In this document: piece by piece, positions 1-9,955 of the stretch | Layout of the letters: every line of letters starts with the position of its first letter | How positions within the stretch are numbered: the stretch's first letter is position 1 | Assembly: GCF_965212735.1 (NCBI RefSeq) | Contig: NZ_CBDBYJ010000003.1 | Coordinates: 86,998 to 102,097, forward strand | Source: Mycoplasma todarodis | GTDB lineage: Bacteria > Bacillota_I > Bacilli_A > Mycoplasmatales > Metamycoplasmataceae | Direction of reading: 5' to 3' | Length of the DNA: 15,100 bases | The notes under the pieces: generated by a model | Databases searched by the model: none | Told to the model about the DNA's origin: nothing | The model's input: the letters and a program-made list of their open reading frames with translations, nothing else | Made by a program: the position numbers and the translations under genes

Positions 1-2
1 AA

Positions 3-191
3 GTAACAGATAAAAATAAAAGAAATATTACTGAAAATGCACAAAAACTAATATTCTCATTAGCACAACACGATAGTAGTTTACTTAACGACGCTAGAAA
101 ATTTATGCTAAACATTAGAAAATACAACTTAAGAGTAAACAACGGAGAATTAAGAAATATATTAAAAGGAAAAGATGTTATTAAAAAATAA
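3..191 (+). CDS. 3' end of an unidentified protein (partial)
   Basis: Open frame from the window edge to TAA at 189-191, ending ...NAQKLIFSLAQHDSSLLNDARKFMLNIRKYNLRVNNGELRNILKGKDVIKK*. No recognisable motif. Confidence 0.6.
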   Translation, partial: VTDKNKRNITENAQKLIFSLAQHDSSLLNDARKFMLNIRKYNLRVNNGELRNILKGKDVIKK

Positions 192-215
192 TGTCTTTTT
201 TTATTTTTATAATTT

Positions 216-221
216 TATAAT
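216..221 (+). promoter_or_regulatory. Candidate -10 box TATAAT for the HIT gene (leaderless layout)
   Basis: Exact TATAAT followed by 6 nt (TTGTAC) and then ATG 228. No SD lies between. Confidence 0.5.
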
Positions 222-227
222 TTGTAC

Positions 228-584
228 ATGACTATATTTCAAAAAATCATAAATAGGGAACTACCTGCCAACATAGTATATGAAGATGATAGAGTAATTG
301 CTATCCTTGATATCAGCCCAGCCACAACAGGACATACATTAGTAATACCAAAAACATTTTCAAGAAACCTTAAAGACATTGCAAAAGATGATCTTTCATA
401 CATAATGAGTAAAGCGCAAGATATTGCTCTTAAACTTATTGAAGTTCTTGAAGTTGATGGTTTCCAACTCCACGTTAATAACGAGAAGAGTTCAAACCAA
501 GTTGTATTTCACACACATGTCCACATCATCCCTACACAAACCGGAAAAGAAATTAAGAAAGAGGATATTAAAATTTCTTTATAA
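228..584 (+). CDS. HIT family protein (histidine triad nucleotide hydrolase/transferase)
   Basis: MTIFQKIINRELPANIVYEDDRVIAILDISPATTGHTLVIPK... with the HIT motif HTHVHIIP. I prefer ATG 228 over the TTG at 222 used by the ORF track. Confidence 0.93.
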   Translation: MTIFQKIINRELPANIVYEDDRVIAILDISPATTGHTLVIPKTFSRNLKDIAKDDLSYIMSKAQDIALKLIEVLEVDGFQLHVNNEKSSNQVVFHTHVHIIPTQTGKEIKKEDIKISL

Positions 585-587
585 AAA

Positions 588-607
588 AAATAAGCCTCAG
601 CTTATTT
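588..607 (-). terminator. Intrinsic terminator hairpin for the first HAD gene, at the convergent junction with the HIT gene
   Basis: Perfect 8-bp stem AAATAAGC / loop CTCA / GCTTATTT. On the - strand it runs into a T-tract. The HAD1 stop codon (602-604) lies in the stem. Confidence 0.75.
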
Positions 608-1426
608 AGAATCATTAGAGATAACTTCTCTAATTTTTTTTGCAATTGCATCACTATCATTGTCACCAATAACTTCATCAGCAATTTCTTTAGCTTCTTT
701 TGAACCATTACCCATGCAAATTCCGTAACCTGCACCTTGAATCATTTTTAAATCGTTTCCTGAATCTCCAAATGCCATAACTTCTGACATCTTAATATCC
801 ATTTCATCGATTACTGTTTGAATACCTGTTAATTTAGAAACTCCTTTTGGATCTACATCAAGGTAGATTGAGTTAGCTACATGTATTGAGTTATCTTCTC
901 CAAATCTTTTTCTAAGCTCAACAGCCATATCTTCAATTACTCCACCAGTATTTTTTAGTGAAACCTGAGTAACACCTTCTCTTTCAATGATTTCATCAAA
1001 TCATTCCATTGGTGCATCAATTCCATCAAATCTAAAGTCTTCTAATCACTTAGGGTCTTTATCTGTTGGGTGATAGAATTCTCTATATTCATTTTTTACT
1101 GTTGAAACTGAAATATAAGAATTAGTTTCTTTGGCTTTTTCAACTATTGCTTTATATAGTTCTTTATCAATAGCTGATACTTCAGTTATTTTCTTTTCTT
1201 CAACGTTGTAGATACTTGAACCATTACTTGAAATGATGTATGAAACACGTCCAATTTCCTCTGCTGCTGGTAATGCAAAACAAAGTGGTCTACCTGTTGC
1301 AAGGATTATTTTATATCCTTTATCATGTGCTTCTCTAAGTGCTTCAATTGATTCTTTTGTAGGTGAATACCCTTTTGAATCCATTAATGTTCCGTCCATG
1401 TCAAATGCAAATGCTTTAATTTTCAT
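602..1426 (-). CDS. Cof-type HAD-IIB family hydrolase (paralog 1)
   Basis: ORFs 1046..1426 and 602..928 share a frame and are joined through in-frame TGA(Trp). HAD motifs: FDMDGTL, KGVSK, FGDSGND. 274 aa. Confidence 0.93.
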
Positions 1427-1433
1427 AATTATC

Positions 1434-1439
1434 TCTCCT
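1434..1439 (-). promoter_or_regulatory. Shine-Dalgarno AGGAGA upstream of HAD paralog 1, with a TATAAT -10 at 1456-1461
   Basis: Minus strand reads TATAATTGAAATAAGTAAGATTAGGAGAGATAATTATG. Confidence 0.6.
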
Positions 1440-1497
1440 AATCTTACTTATTTCAATTATATGGTTTATTTGTTAATTTTAAAAAAAGTAATAAAAA

Positions 1498-1514
1498 ATA
1501 AGCCTTAGGCTTAT
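1498..1514 (-). terminator. Intrinsic terminator of HAD paralog 2
   Basis: ATAAGC...GCTTAT stem (8-nt arms with a 1-nt centre, so about 6 bp and a 5-nt loop), followed on the - strand by TTTTTTATTAC. It contains the stop codon 1511-1513. Confidence 0.65.
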
Positions 1515-2338
1515 CTTGTTTGAGCATCAATAACTTCTCTAATTTTGATTGCAATTGCATCTGTACTGTGATGTCCGATTATTTCATCAGCAACGGTTTT
1601 AGCTCCATCATTTGCGTTTTCCATAGCAACACCATAACCTGAACCTTTAAGCATTTGAATATCATTTCCTGAATCTCCAAATGTCATAACTTCACCAGGT
1701 TTGATTCCATGTTCTTCAAGAACTATTTCAATACCTGTTAATTTAGAAACTCCTTTTGGATTAACATCTAAATAAACTTCGTTAGCAATATGTAAAGCAT
1801 AATCTTTTCCATATTCTTTCTTAAGTTCATGTGCTTTATCAACAATTAGTTCATGTTCATTCTTAATAGTTAGTTGTGTGATCTTATCCGTTTTAGATGA
1901 TGCGATAACATCTTCTAATTTATCAGGTTCACCAAAATCATTAACTGAAATTTTGATTCATTCTGGAACATCATCACCATCAAAGAAGTTTAATTTCTTA
2001 ACGTGGTCAGTTGTTGACATAACGAAGAATGATTTTGTTTCTTTAGCGACTTCAATCATTGATTTAAATAATTCTTCGGGTAAAAAATCTTTACTGATGT
2101 TCTCGTTGGCTTCAACATCATATAAACTAGCTCCATTATTCCCTACAATGTATGAAATACACCCTATAGAGTTCACAAAGTCCATTGTTTGGTATATTGG
2201 TCTACCTGTGGCTAGAATAAGCTTATATCCCTCTTTATTGGCTTCTCTAAGTGCTTTCATAGTCTCTGGATGAGGACCAGAACCATCTGGTAGCAATAAA
2301 GTTCCATCTAAGTCAAATGCAAATGCTTTAATTTTCAT
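1511..2338 (-). CDS. Cof-type HAD-IIB family hydrolase (paralog 2)
   Basis: MKIKAFAFDLDGTLLLPDGSG..., NPKGVSKL, MTFGDSGND. Frame checked open from 2338 to 1511 apart from TGA(Trp). 275 aa. Confidence 0.92.
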
Positions 2339-2364
2339 ATTTCTCTCCTAAATTAGTTATTTAA

Positions 2365-2370
2365 ATTATA
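2365..2370 (-). promoter_or_regulatory. Candidate -10 box TATAAT for HAD paralog 2
   Basis: Minus strand reads CATATAATTTAAATAACTAATTTAGGAGAGAAATATG, with -10 and SD (AGGAGA) in the same order as HAD paralog 1. Confidence 0.55.
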
Positions 2371-2406
2371 TGTTGTTATTTTTGAATATTTTAAAAGATA
2401 TAAAAA

Positions 2407-2425
2407 AATAAGCATAGAGCCTATT
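2407..2425 (-). terminator. Intrinsic terminator of HAD paralog 3
   Basis: Minus-strand AATAGGC TCTAT GCTTATT (7 bp with one GU pair) followed by TTTTTATA. It contains the stop codon 2421-2423. Confidence 0.6.
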
Positions 2426-3248
2426 TTGATTGATTTGCAATAACTTCTTTGATTTTCTTACCGATGGCGTCTGTATCGTGGTGTCCAATAACTTCATCAG
2501 CAGCTTCTTTAGCTTCGTCATTAGCGTTACCCATAGCAACACCATAACCTGAACCTTTGATCATTTGAACATCATTACCTGAATCTCCAAATGCCATAAT
2601 TTCTGATATATCAATACCTAAGGCATCCGCAACTTCTTGCAGTCCTGTTAGTTTTGAAACACCTTTAGGGTTCATATCAAGATACACATCATTAGCAATG
2701 TGTAATGAAGCGTATTGAGAGAACTCTGGGTGTAGTTCATCTCTTTTAGCTTTGATAAGTTCTTTTGAGTTTTTGATTGTAAGTTGAGTAATCTTTTCTG
2801 TTTTAGCAGCTTCTTTAATTGAGTCAATTGTGTTTGAACCATTTGATTCATTAAATGAAGTTTTTACTCATTCTGGAACTTCTGTTTCATCAAAGAAGTT
2901 TAGTCTATAGATGCTTTCAGTTGTTGACATAGCGAAGAATGATTTTGTTTCTTTAGCTAGTTCAATAACTTTTTCGAATAGTTCATATGTTAAAAATGAT
3001 TTACTGATGTTTTCATCTTTATCCATATCAAATAAACTTCCACCATTGTTACATACTAAATGAGAGATTTCTCCGATTTGTTCTGCACTCTCTTTTGTCA
3101 TACATACCGGTCTACCAGTAGCAAGAATGATTTTGTAACCTGCAGCGTTAGCTTCTTTTAATACTTTCATGTTTTCTGGGTGGATCCCAGAACCATCTGA
3201 AAGTAATAGTGTTCCATCCATGTCAAATGCAAATGCTTTAATTTTCAT
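2421..3248 (-). CDS. Cof-type HAD-IIB family hydrolase (paralog 3)
   Basis: MKIKAFAFDMDGTLLLSDGSG..., MNPKGVSKL, MAFGDSGND. 275 aa. It starts 17 nt after the lysS stop, with SD AAAGGAT. Confidence 0.93.
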
Positions 3249-3265
3249 AATTTATCCTTTGATTA

Positions 3266-4732
3266 TTATCCTCTGTTTTTTAGGTGAGGGAATAGTAGTA
3301 CGTCTCTAATTGATTGTGAATCTGTGAATAACATAACAAGTCTGTCAATTCCTATTCCACATCCACCAGCAGGTGGCATTGCGTGTTCTAGAGCTTCAAC
3401 GAAGTCCATGTCGATTTCATTAGCTTCATCGTTACCAGCTTCACGTTCTGCTAGTTGAGCTTCGAATCTTTCTAGTTGATCAATTGGGTCGTTTAATTCT
3501 GTAAACATGTTTGCGAATTCTTTACCGTTGATGAATAGTTCTGCTCTATCTGTAAATCTTGGGTCTTCAAGATTTTTAGCTGCTAGAGGTGAAATTTCAA
3601 TTGGGTGTCCGTAAACAAATGTTGGTTGAATTAGTGTTTCTTCTACATACTCTTCAAAGAATGCTTCTAAGATGTGACCGATTGAGAAGAATTTCTCAAT
3701 TTTAATTTTGTGGTCTGCAGCATGTTGTCTAGCTTCTTCAAGTGTCATTTCTGCTTTGAAGTCTACACCAGCTTTTTCTTTAACTGCTTCTGCCATATTA
3801 ACTTTGGCAAATTCTCCAGAAACGTTAATTTCTTTTCCGTCGAACATGATTGTATCTTTGTTTAGTCTTTTAGCTAAGAATTGGAATAGCTCTTCTGTTC
3901 TTCTCATCATTCCTGCTAGGTCTGAATGTGCTTCATAGAATTCGATTGTTGTGAATTCAGGGTTGTGAGTTGCATCAACACCTTCATTTCTAAATAGTCT
4001 ACCGATTTCATAAACTCTTTCAATTCCCCCTACAACTAATTTCTTAAGAGGTAACTCTGTAGCAACACGTAAGTAGAATTCCATGTCAAGAGCATTGAAG
4101 TGAGTTGAGAATGGTTTAGCAGATGCTCCACCAAGGATTGGTTGTAATACTGGAGTATCAGCTTCCATGTATCCTAAATCATCGAAGTAGCTTCTAATTC
4201 CTGAAATAACTTTTGATCTTGTTCAGAATCTGTTTTTTGTTTCTTCTGACATGATTAAGTCAACATATCTTCTTCTACGTCTTTCTTCAACATCTTGAAG
4301 TCCGTGGAATTTTTCAGGTAATGGTCTTAGTGACTTAGAAAGAAGCATGAATTTTGAGGCACGAATTGTAATCGCTCCTGTATTTGTTTTCATTACTTCA
4401 CCTTCAAATCAGATGTAGTCTCCTGTATCTAGAGTTTTTGTTAGTTCAGCCATTTCTGGGAATTCTTTTTTAGCAATATATGCTTGTAGTTGTCCTGATG
4501 GATCTTTAGCAACGATGAAAGGTCCTCTTGAACCCATCATACGTCCTGTTACTGAAACGATTATTTTCTTTTCGTGTAATTCATCTTTAGTGAACTTCCC
4601 AAATTCTTCTTCTAGTTGTGCTGATGTATGTGTGAAATCTTGTTTTGGTGCATATGGTTTAACACCCATTTCTTCGTATTTAGCAAGCTTATCTCTTCTT
4701 ACTTGTTCTTGTTCTGTAAATTTTCTTGACAT
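3266..4732 (-). CDS. lysS: Lysyl-tRNA synthetase, class II
   Basis: Same-frame ORFs 4409..4732 and 3266..4168 joined through TGA(Trp). Class II motifs: [21 protein letters not shown] (motif 2) and [13 protein letters not shown] (motif 3). 488 aa. Confidence 0.96.
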
Positions 4733-6123
4733 TATTGTTCTCCTCTGTCTATTTTAATTGCTTTAATTTTATCATTATCGTTGCTATTGTTATCAATAGT
4801 TTCTCTTTTTTCATCTGCATTTTTTGCATGGTGATGACGAACTTCTTCTCAGTATTCCTTTGTAAAGAATGCTTTTGTCTTCATGTAGACTCTCATTATT
4901 TTGAATCTTCAGTATTTTTTAGTGAATAATGATTTCAGTCATATTCATAAAGCTGATTTTGCTTTTATAACTTCCATCCCTCTTTTACGGTTAATCTTTT
5001 GTTTGTTTTGGTGCTTAGTGTAGAAGTGTAATGATAATGAACAAATCATTGCCAATACAATCGCTGCTGCAACTCCTAATCTGTGTCCGATGTAGTTTGT
5101 GTGTGAACTTGAAAGGTTTCTTCATAAGTTATCATGTGGAATTATTAGTAATGAAATTGATGATGCAACCATCATTCCAAATGCAGCTGCTGCAAATGTT
5201 CTTTTGTGTTTTTTGAATAATCATGCAAACAAGAATATCATTGTAATCATCCCTAACATTGTGAATGATGCAAATATCATTAATCCTAAGAAGTTTGAGC
5301 CATGACCACCGTGGAAGTTAGCCATTATTTTTCAGTGGATAGTTTGATACATTCTATATCCAGGTTCATCACCTTGGAATAGTAATTGAATAATTGCTCC
5401 TGAACCACCTGGAGTAATTGTGAATATACCACCTATGAATGCAACCGCCATCAACATAAATACATGTGATGCAGTTGGAGTTCAAATTCCGAGGTGAACT
5501 TCTTTTTTAGAATCATCCCCAAAGTGGATACCTTTTTCTGCTGAACCGAATTTAATTCAACAAGCTAATCCGATCATCATTGCAAATCCCATTACGAATA
5601 CAGTTCTCCGTATCCACAAGTGCTTCCGCTTCTTGGGCTTGAGACCTATTTCAGGTTTCTCACCTTGAATGAACATTGGTATCGAGAATAATACAAATGT
5701 TGAGAAGAAGAATAGTAGTTCTAATCCTAAGTTTCTTTTATCAGCAAGAAACTCCGTACCCTTATCTATTCCATATACCCCGAGAATTCATCCGATTCCA
5801 AAAGGCAACATGAATAGGAATGCTTTCATTCTTGTAATTCCAACTTCAGGAACAAAGATTGATTTTGTAAGCATAACAAGTTTTTTAAATACACCAAGAA
5901 GTGCCATGGAAGTTCCACCACAATATCCAGGTATAGCATCGGAAGCACCCATGAAAGAACCAACCGCTATTCACTTAGCTAATTCTTTACCAAGTTGAAG
6001 TCCAGTGGCTTGCGAAAATGTTGAGACAACTTCGATTAATTCGGTCTCGTCATAACCATTTTTAATCTCTTCTGTTTTTACTTCAGAAGTAGGTTTTTCT
6101 TTTCTTTTAAATTTGCTTCTCAT
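4732..6123 (-). CDS. DUF368-like polytopic membrane protein (possible polyprenyl-phosphate transporter, PopT family)
   Basis: Hand translation of the full 463 aa: MRSKFKRKEKPTSEVKTEE...WIAVGSFMGASDAIPGYCGGTSMALLGVFKNLVML...GGIFTITPGGSGAIIQLLF... It has many hydrophobic segments and two PG-x-x-G(G/S) motifs as in DUF368. The stop TAA overlaps the lysS ATG (TAATG). No ORF-track entry covers it because TGA(Trp) codons break it up. Confidence 0.75.
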
Positions 6124-6174
6124 ATACTTACAATTTTACCTTATTAAAATAGGTTTTGAATGATAATAAAAAAA

Positions 6175-6191
6175 CATAAGTAAAACTTATG
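6175..6191 (-). terminator. Intrinsic terminator of the ABC transporter operon
   Basis: Minus-strand CATAAGT TTT ACTTATG (7-bp perfect stem) followed by TTTTTTT. It contains the permease stop codon 6187-6189. Confidence 0.8.
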
Positions 6192-9100
6192 CTTTAAATG
6201 CTTCAAGTGTTTCTTCATTACCAAGTTTTCTCATCGATACATAGTATATGATTGCGAATGCGAATGTGATTAGGAAGAATGTTAATATTAGTTCTCAACC
6301 CATCATAGAGATAGGAACCAATATAGCACCGAATGATATGATAATTGCTTTAATTGCGAATAACGCACCAATCGTAATTGGTATAGCAATTAACAGACCT
6401 AATATGATTGCCGGGATTAATGATCTAAAGAACATTCTCCGGATTTCTTTGTTTCTATATCCAAGAACTTTCATTGTAGATATAAATTTCTTATTATCTG
6501 AAATAATCATCGAAGCAATAATTGCAACGAATAGAATTGCGATAAATATAGCAATCGCTTCAACCATTCAAATTAACTTACCTGAAAGGTCTAGAATATT
6601 TTTGAATGCATATCTAGACATAGCTGCTCAGTTAGCTGAAGAGAATGTAGATACATATGGTGAATTACTATAAATGTTTAAGTATGAAGATGCCCCTGAA
6701 ACTCTTGGGTTTTCATAGTTATTTTTAACATGTTCTGCAATAGCTTTATAAAGTTTATCATTTTGATTTGTCTTGATAATATCTGTACCTGGAGTAATTC
6801 CAGAAGGTGAATATAGCGAAATGTTTTGGAATACCATTGGGTTTTCAGCTTTAGTATAAACACCATTGAATGCATTCTTATTCTTAATAGGATCCACTCA
6901 ACCTAATTTAGCATTAGCTATAGATTGTGTTGTGTATAGTTTTGGTCCATCATATGATTCTTGGACACCTATAACCATTGCACGTGCTTTATAAGCAGCA
7001 CCAGTGTGGAATCTATCAGCTCTATTTTTGATTTTAACATCAATAATATCACCCTCATCAATACCATATGCTTTTTGGAAATATGTGTTAATGATAATTG
7101 GAATAACTTGCTTGTTATCTCTAGTTGTATCATAGTGGAATTCTTTAAATCTATTTAATAAACCATTATCAAATTTAACCATTTTTGTTTTAGGGTTAAT
7201 ACCTGTGATAGTTGTGTTTAGAACTTCTTCGTGTCCTGATAGATTTTTACCTTTGTAATCAATATCAAGGTGAGTATATACTTCATCCTCTTTGTCGGTA
7301 ATTATGTTGTTATAAGAGATAAAGTAAGGTAAGTGATAATCTTCTTTATTATTGTATTTCTTAATTTGTTCTTTAAGTCCTGCAAATAAGAATTTTTTAT
7401 AAAGTTCTCATTCAGGAGTTCCATATGTTGGAGGGATAAATTCAAAGTTGTTTTTAGCAGCTTTACCTAAAAATCCTTTTGGTCCAAATACATTTTTATA
7501 ATATTCATCTGAAGTAACGCCAATTATTTTGGCAACTTCAAAATCTTTTCCTCATTCATAAAGAGCTTTAACAAATGCTTGTTCTCTTTCATTAGCAATA
7601 TTCCTTTGATTCTCAGGCATTGAACTTAACGCAGCTTTTCAAGGGTTAAGTTTTGCGATTTCAAAGTTTAATATTGATTTGAACTGTAATCTATTTTTTA
7701 AGTAATTGACAGTGTCTTTTTTATCAAAGTCATTTGTAGTTGGAATGTGGAAATAAGAACCGGGGTTTGAAATTCTATTAGCTTCATCTTTTTTATCTTC
7801 TTCGACAAAGAAGTTTGAATAATCTGCAACAGATGCCGTTCTTCAATCTCCACCTTTCATACCTAATTGATTTGGATTAACTCTTTTCATTAATCCACCT
7901 TCAAATGTAGGGGAGGCCATATCAACTTTAAATGAGTAATTTACTTTTGCATTTGATGTTTGTTGTGCGTAGTTGAATCTTCCCATAATAGAGAAGGCAA
8001 CCCCACCAGCAACCATCGCAATTGTGGTTGTTACTAATACCAATAACATTTTTGATAAGTTAGAAGTAAATAGTGAAATTGTAATTTTAGATTTGATACC
8101 AATTCATGCAAGTGGTTTAAGTACTTGTGAAGTAATTCAACCAGCAGTCTTAGATTGTGAATCTGATAGGATAGAAATTAAACTTCCTTTTAATGCTAGA
8201 CGTGATGCTAAGTATGAGAATAGAATAACTCCCAACATAGGTAATGCAACAACTAGTATTAATGTCACTCAAGAGAATGAGTGGTTGTAAATTGGTAGCG
8301 TTCAATAGTTGGTAAACATATTGATAAATACACTTTGCATGAAGTGACCAACAACATACCCTAGCGTTGCAGGTATCAATACAATGATTAAAGCGATTGT
8401 AGTCATTGATCATGCTATTTCATTCTTACTATATCCATTAGCTAATAGAGTACCTAATATCTTACGTTTTGAAGATATTTGTTTCTTGATAACCATTAAT
8501 ATAATAAATCCTGTTAGAACACCTAAAAGTGCTGTTGTAAGGAATGCAATGGTTGTAATTGATTGTTTAAGTTTCTTTAAGAATGCAATACGTTGAGGTG
8601 CTAAGATAACTTTCTCATTTGTATCAAATGCTCCTGAAACAGGGTTTAAAGTATTACCTCATGACATGTGTTTTTTTGAAATCTTAAGAATCCCTTTCAT
8701 AACCATTCTTTTATCAGCGTCAGATACTCCCCTTGCAAATTTATACGCAAGATAGTTTTCTTTCTGATTTCCACGGAATGCATCTTCAATACGTCTATAT
8801 CCATGATTGTTTGTGAATAATAATGCTTGAGTTTTAGCGTTTGGAAGTGGATTTTGTTGATTAATAATTGGGAATGAGAAATCAGGTGTTGTACCTATAC
8901 CAGTAATGATATAAGGTGTTTGATCAATCTTCTGAACATACTTCTTAAATTGAGGCATTTCAAATACAGCATTGATTTTTTTGATATCAATTCCAGCTTT
9001 TAAAATTTCTATATTAAAAGCTTTTAAATCATCTTGTGAAATCGGCTGAATATTATGTTCTTTCGCAAAACCATCAGTTATTACAGCTTGATAAGATGTT

Positions 9101-9954
9101 GGGTCTGTAAATGATGCAGTAAGACCTTGATCGTTATCAAATACGATTTTATATTCTTTACTTGTTTGAATATTTTCAAGTTTAAATGCTGCGCTTAGTT
9201 TTGGATCTTTGTTGATATTTTCAATAAATATTTTTAGCATCTCCTTTTCAGTCATTTCTTTTGAAGGAGCAGAACCTTTGAAGATTACTAATTTATCTAC
9301 ATTTTTATCATTATCAAATGTGTCGACTATTTTATATTGATTCTTACCTGAGTTAATATAAATAGACTCCACGTTTTTAATACCGTCTTTTGCAAAATAT
9401 TTACCATAGTGTTTTTTCGTATCGTCGACAAATACTTTTGATTTTGTCTCAGAAACATACTCATTAATCGCTGTTTCACCAGCTTCTAATAATTTCTTAA
9501 CTTCGGGAATTGCAGCAATAGCTTTAACATCATTTATATCCGCTGTTAATACCTCGATATTATCAACATTATATTTCTTGAATATCTTGTTTATATTAGC
9601 ATCATTTGTAACGTCGCTATTACTTGTTTTTAGTGCTTGTTTGTATGATTTTGTAATTGAACCTCAGTTTATTTTTAGAGAAATTGAGGTGTTTGCTTTC
9701 TTTGTTGGATTTTTCATTGGTTTAGCTACAAATGTCAATCCACTTTGACCATCTATTGTATATTTTTCATTAACCGTAAAGTCATGCAATTGACCAGCAT
9801 TAATAACTTGATCATATGAAGAGTCAAAAGCCCATGATGTCGATGACAACATAGTAAATACTGCAATTGATAGAAATACTGTAAGCGATAACAGTATCAT
9901 AGCTAGTTTGGAACCCAAGAAAGATTTAAATGAGTTCTTAAAAAGTTTGTTCAT
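6187..9954 (-). CDS. Large ABC transporter permease with two FtsX-like modules (1255 aa)
   Basis: ORFs 9664..9954, 8659..9372, 7843..8049, 6898..7182, 6628..6897 and 6295..6567 are all in one frame. I read the gaps between them and found no TAA or TAG. N-terminal TM, large extracellular region, TM block with KRKILGTLLANGYSKNEI, second extracellular region, C-terminal TM block with KVLGYRNKEIRRMFF. Confidence 0.93.
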
Positions 9955-9955
9955 A

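Noticed and set aside
222-227. TTG start for the HIT protein as given in the ORF track.
   Set aside because: ATG at 228 gives the normal HIT N-terminus (MTIFQKII) and fits the -10 spacing. The TTG abuts the -10 hexamer.
602-3248. Each HAD gene appears split into two ORFs, suggesting decayed genes or frameshifts.
   Set aside because: The fragments are in the same frame and separated only by in-frame TGA, read as Trp in Mollicutes. Gene lengths are exact multiples of 3 and the motifs are intact.
5610-5650. PKKRK in the DUF368-like protein resembling a nuclear localisation signal.
   Set aside because: It is a short basic stretch in a predicted cytoplasmic loop of a bacterial membrane protein. 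Chance resemblance is more likely. Only the composition anomaly is kept as a finding.
4515-5998. Plus-strand ORFs 4515..4757, 4726..4929, 5031..5216, 5099..5305 and 5669..5998.
   Set aside because: They are antisense to lysS and the DUF368-like gene, have low-complexity composition and no motifs, and lack convincing initiation signals.
8150-8413. Minus-strand ORF 8150..8413 (and 6678..6875) as an independent gene.
   Set aside because: It is out of frame within the permease coding sequence, whose frame stays open across the region.
6248-8596. Plus-strand ORFs 6248..6673, 6961..7158, 7973..8290, 8384..8596 and others on the opposite strand.
   Set aside because: They are shadow ORFs antisense to the continuous 1255-aa permease gene.
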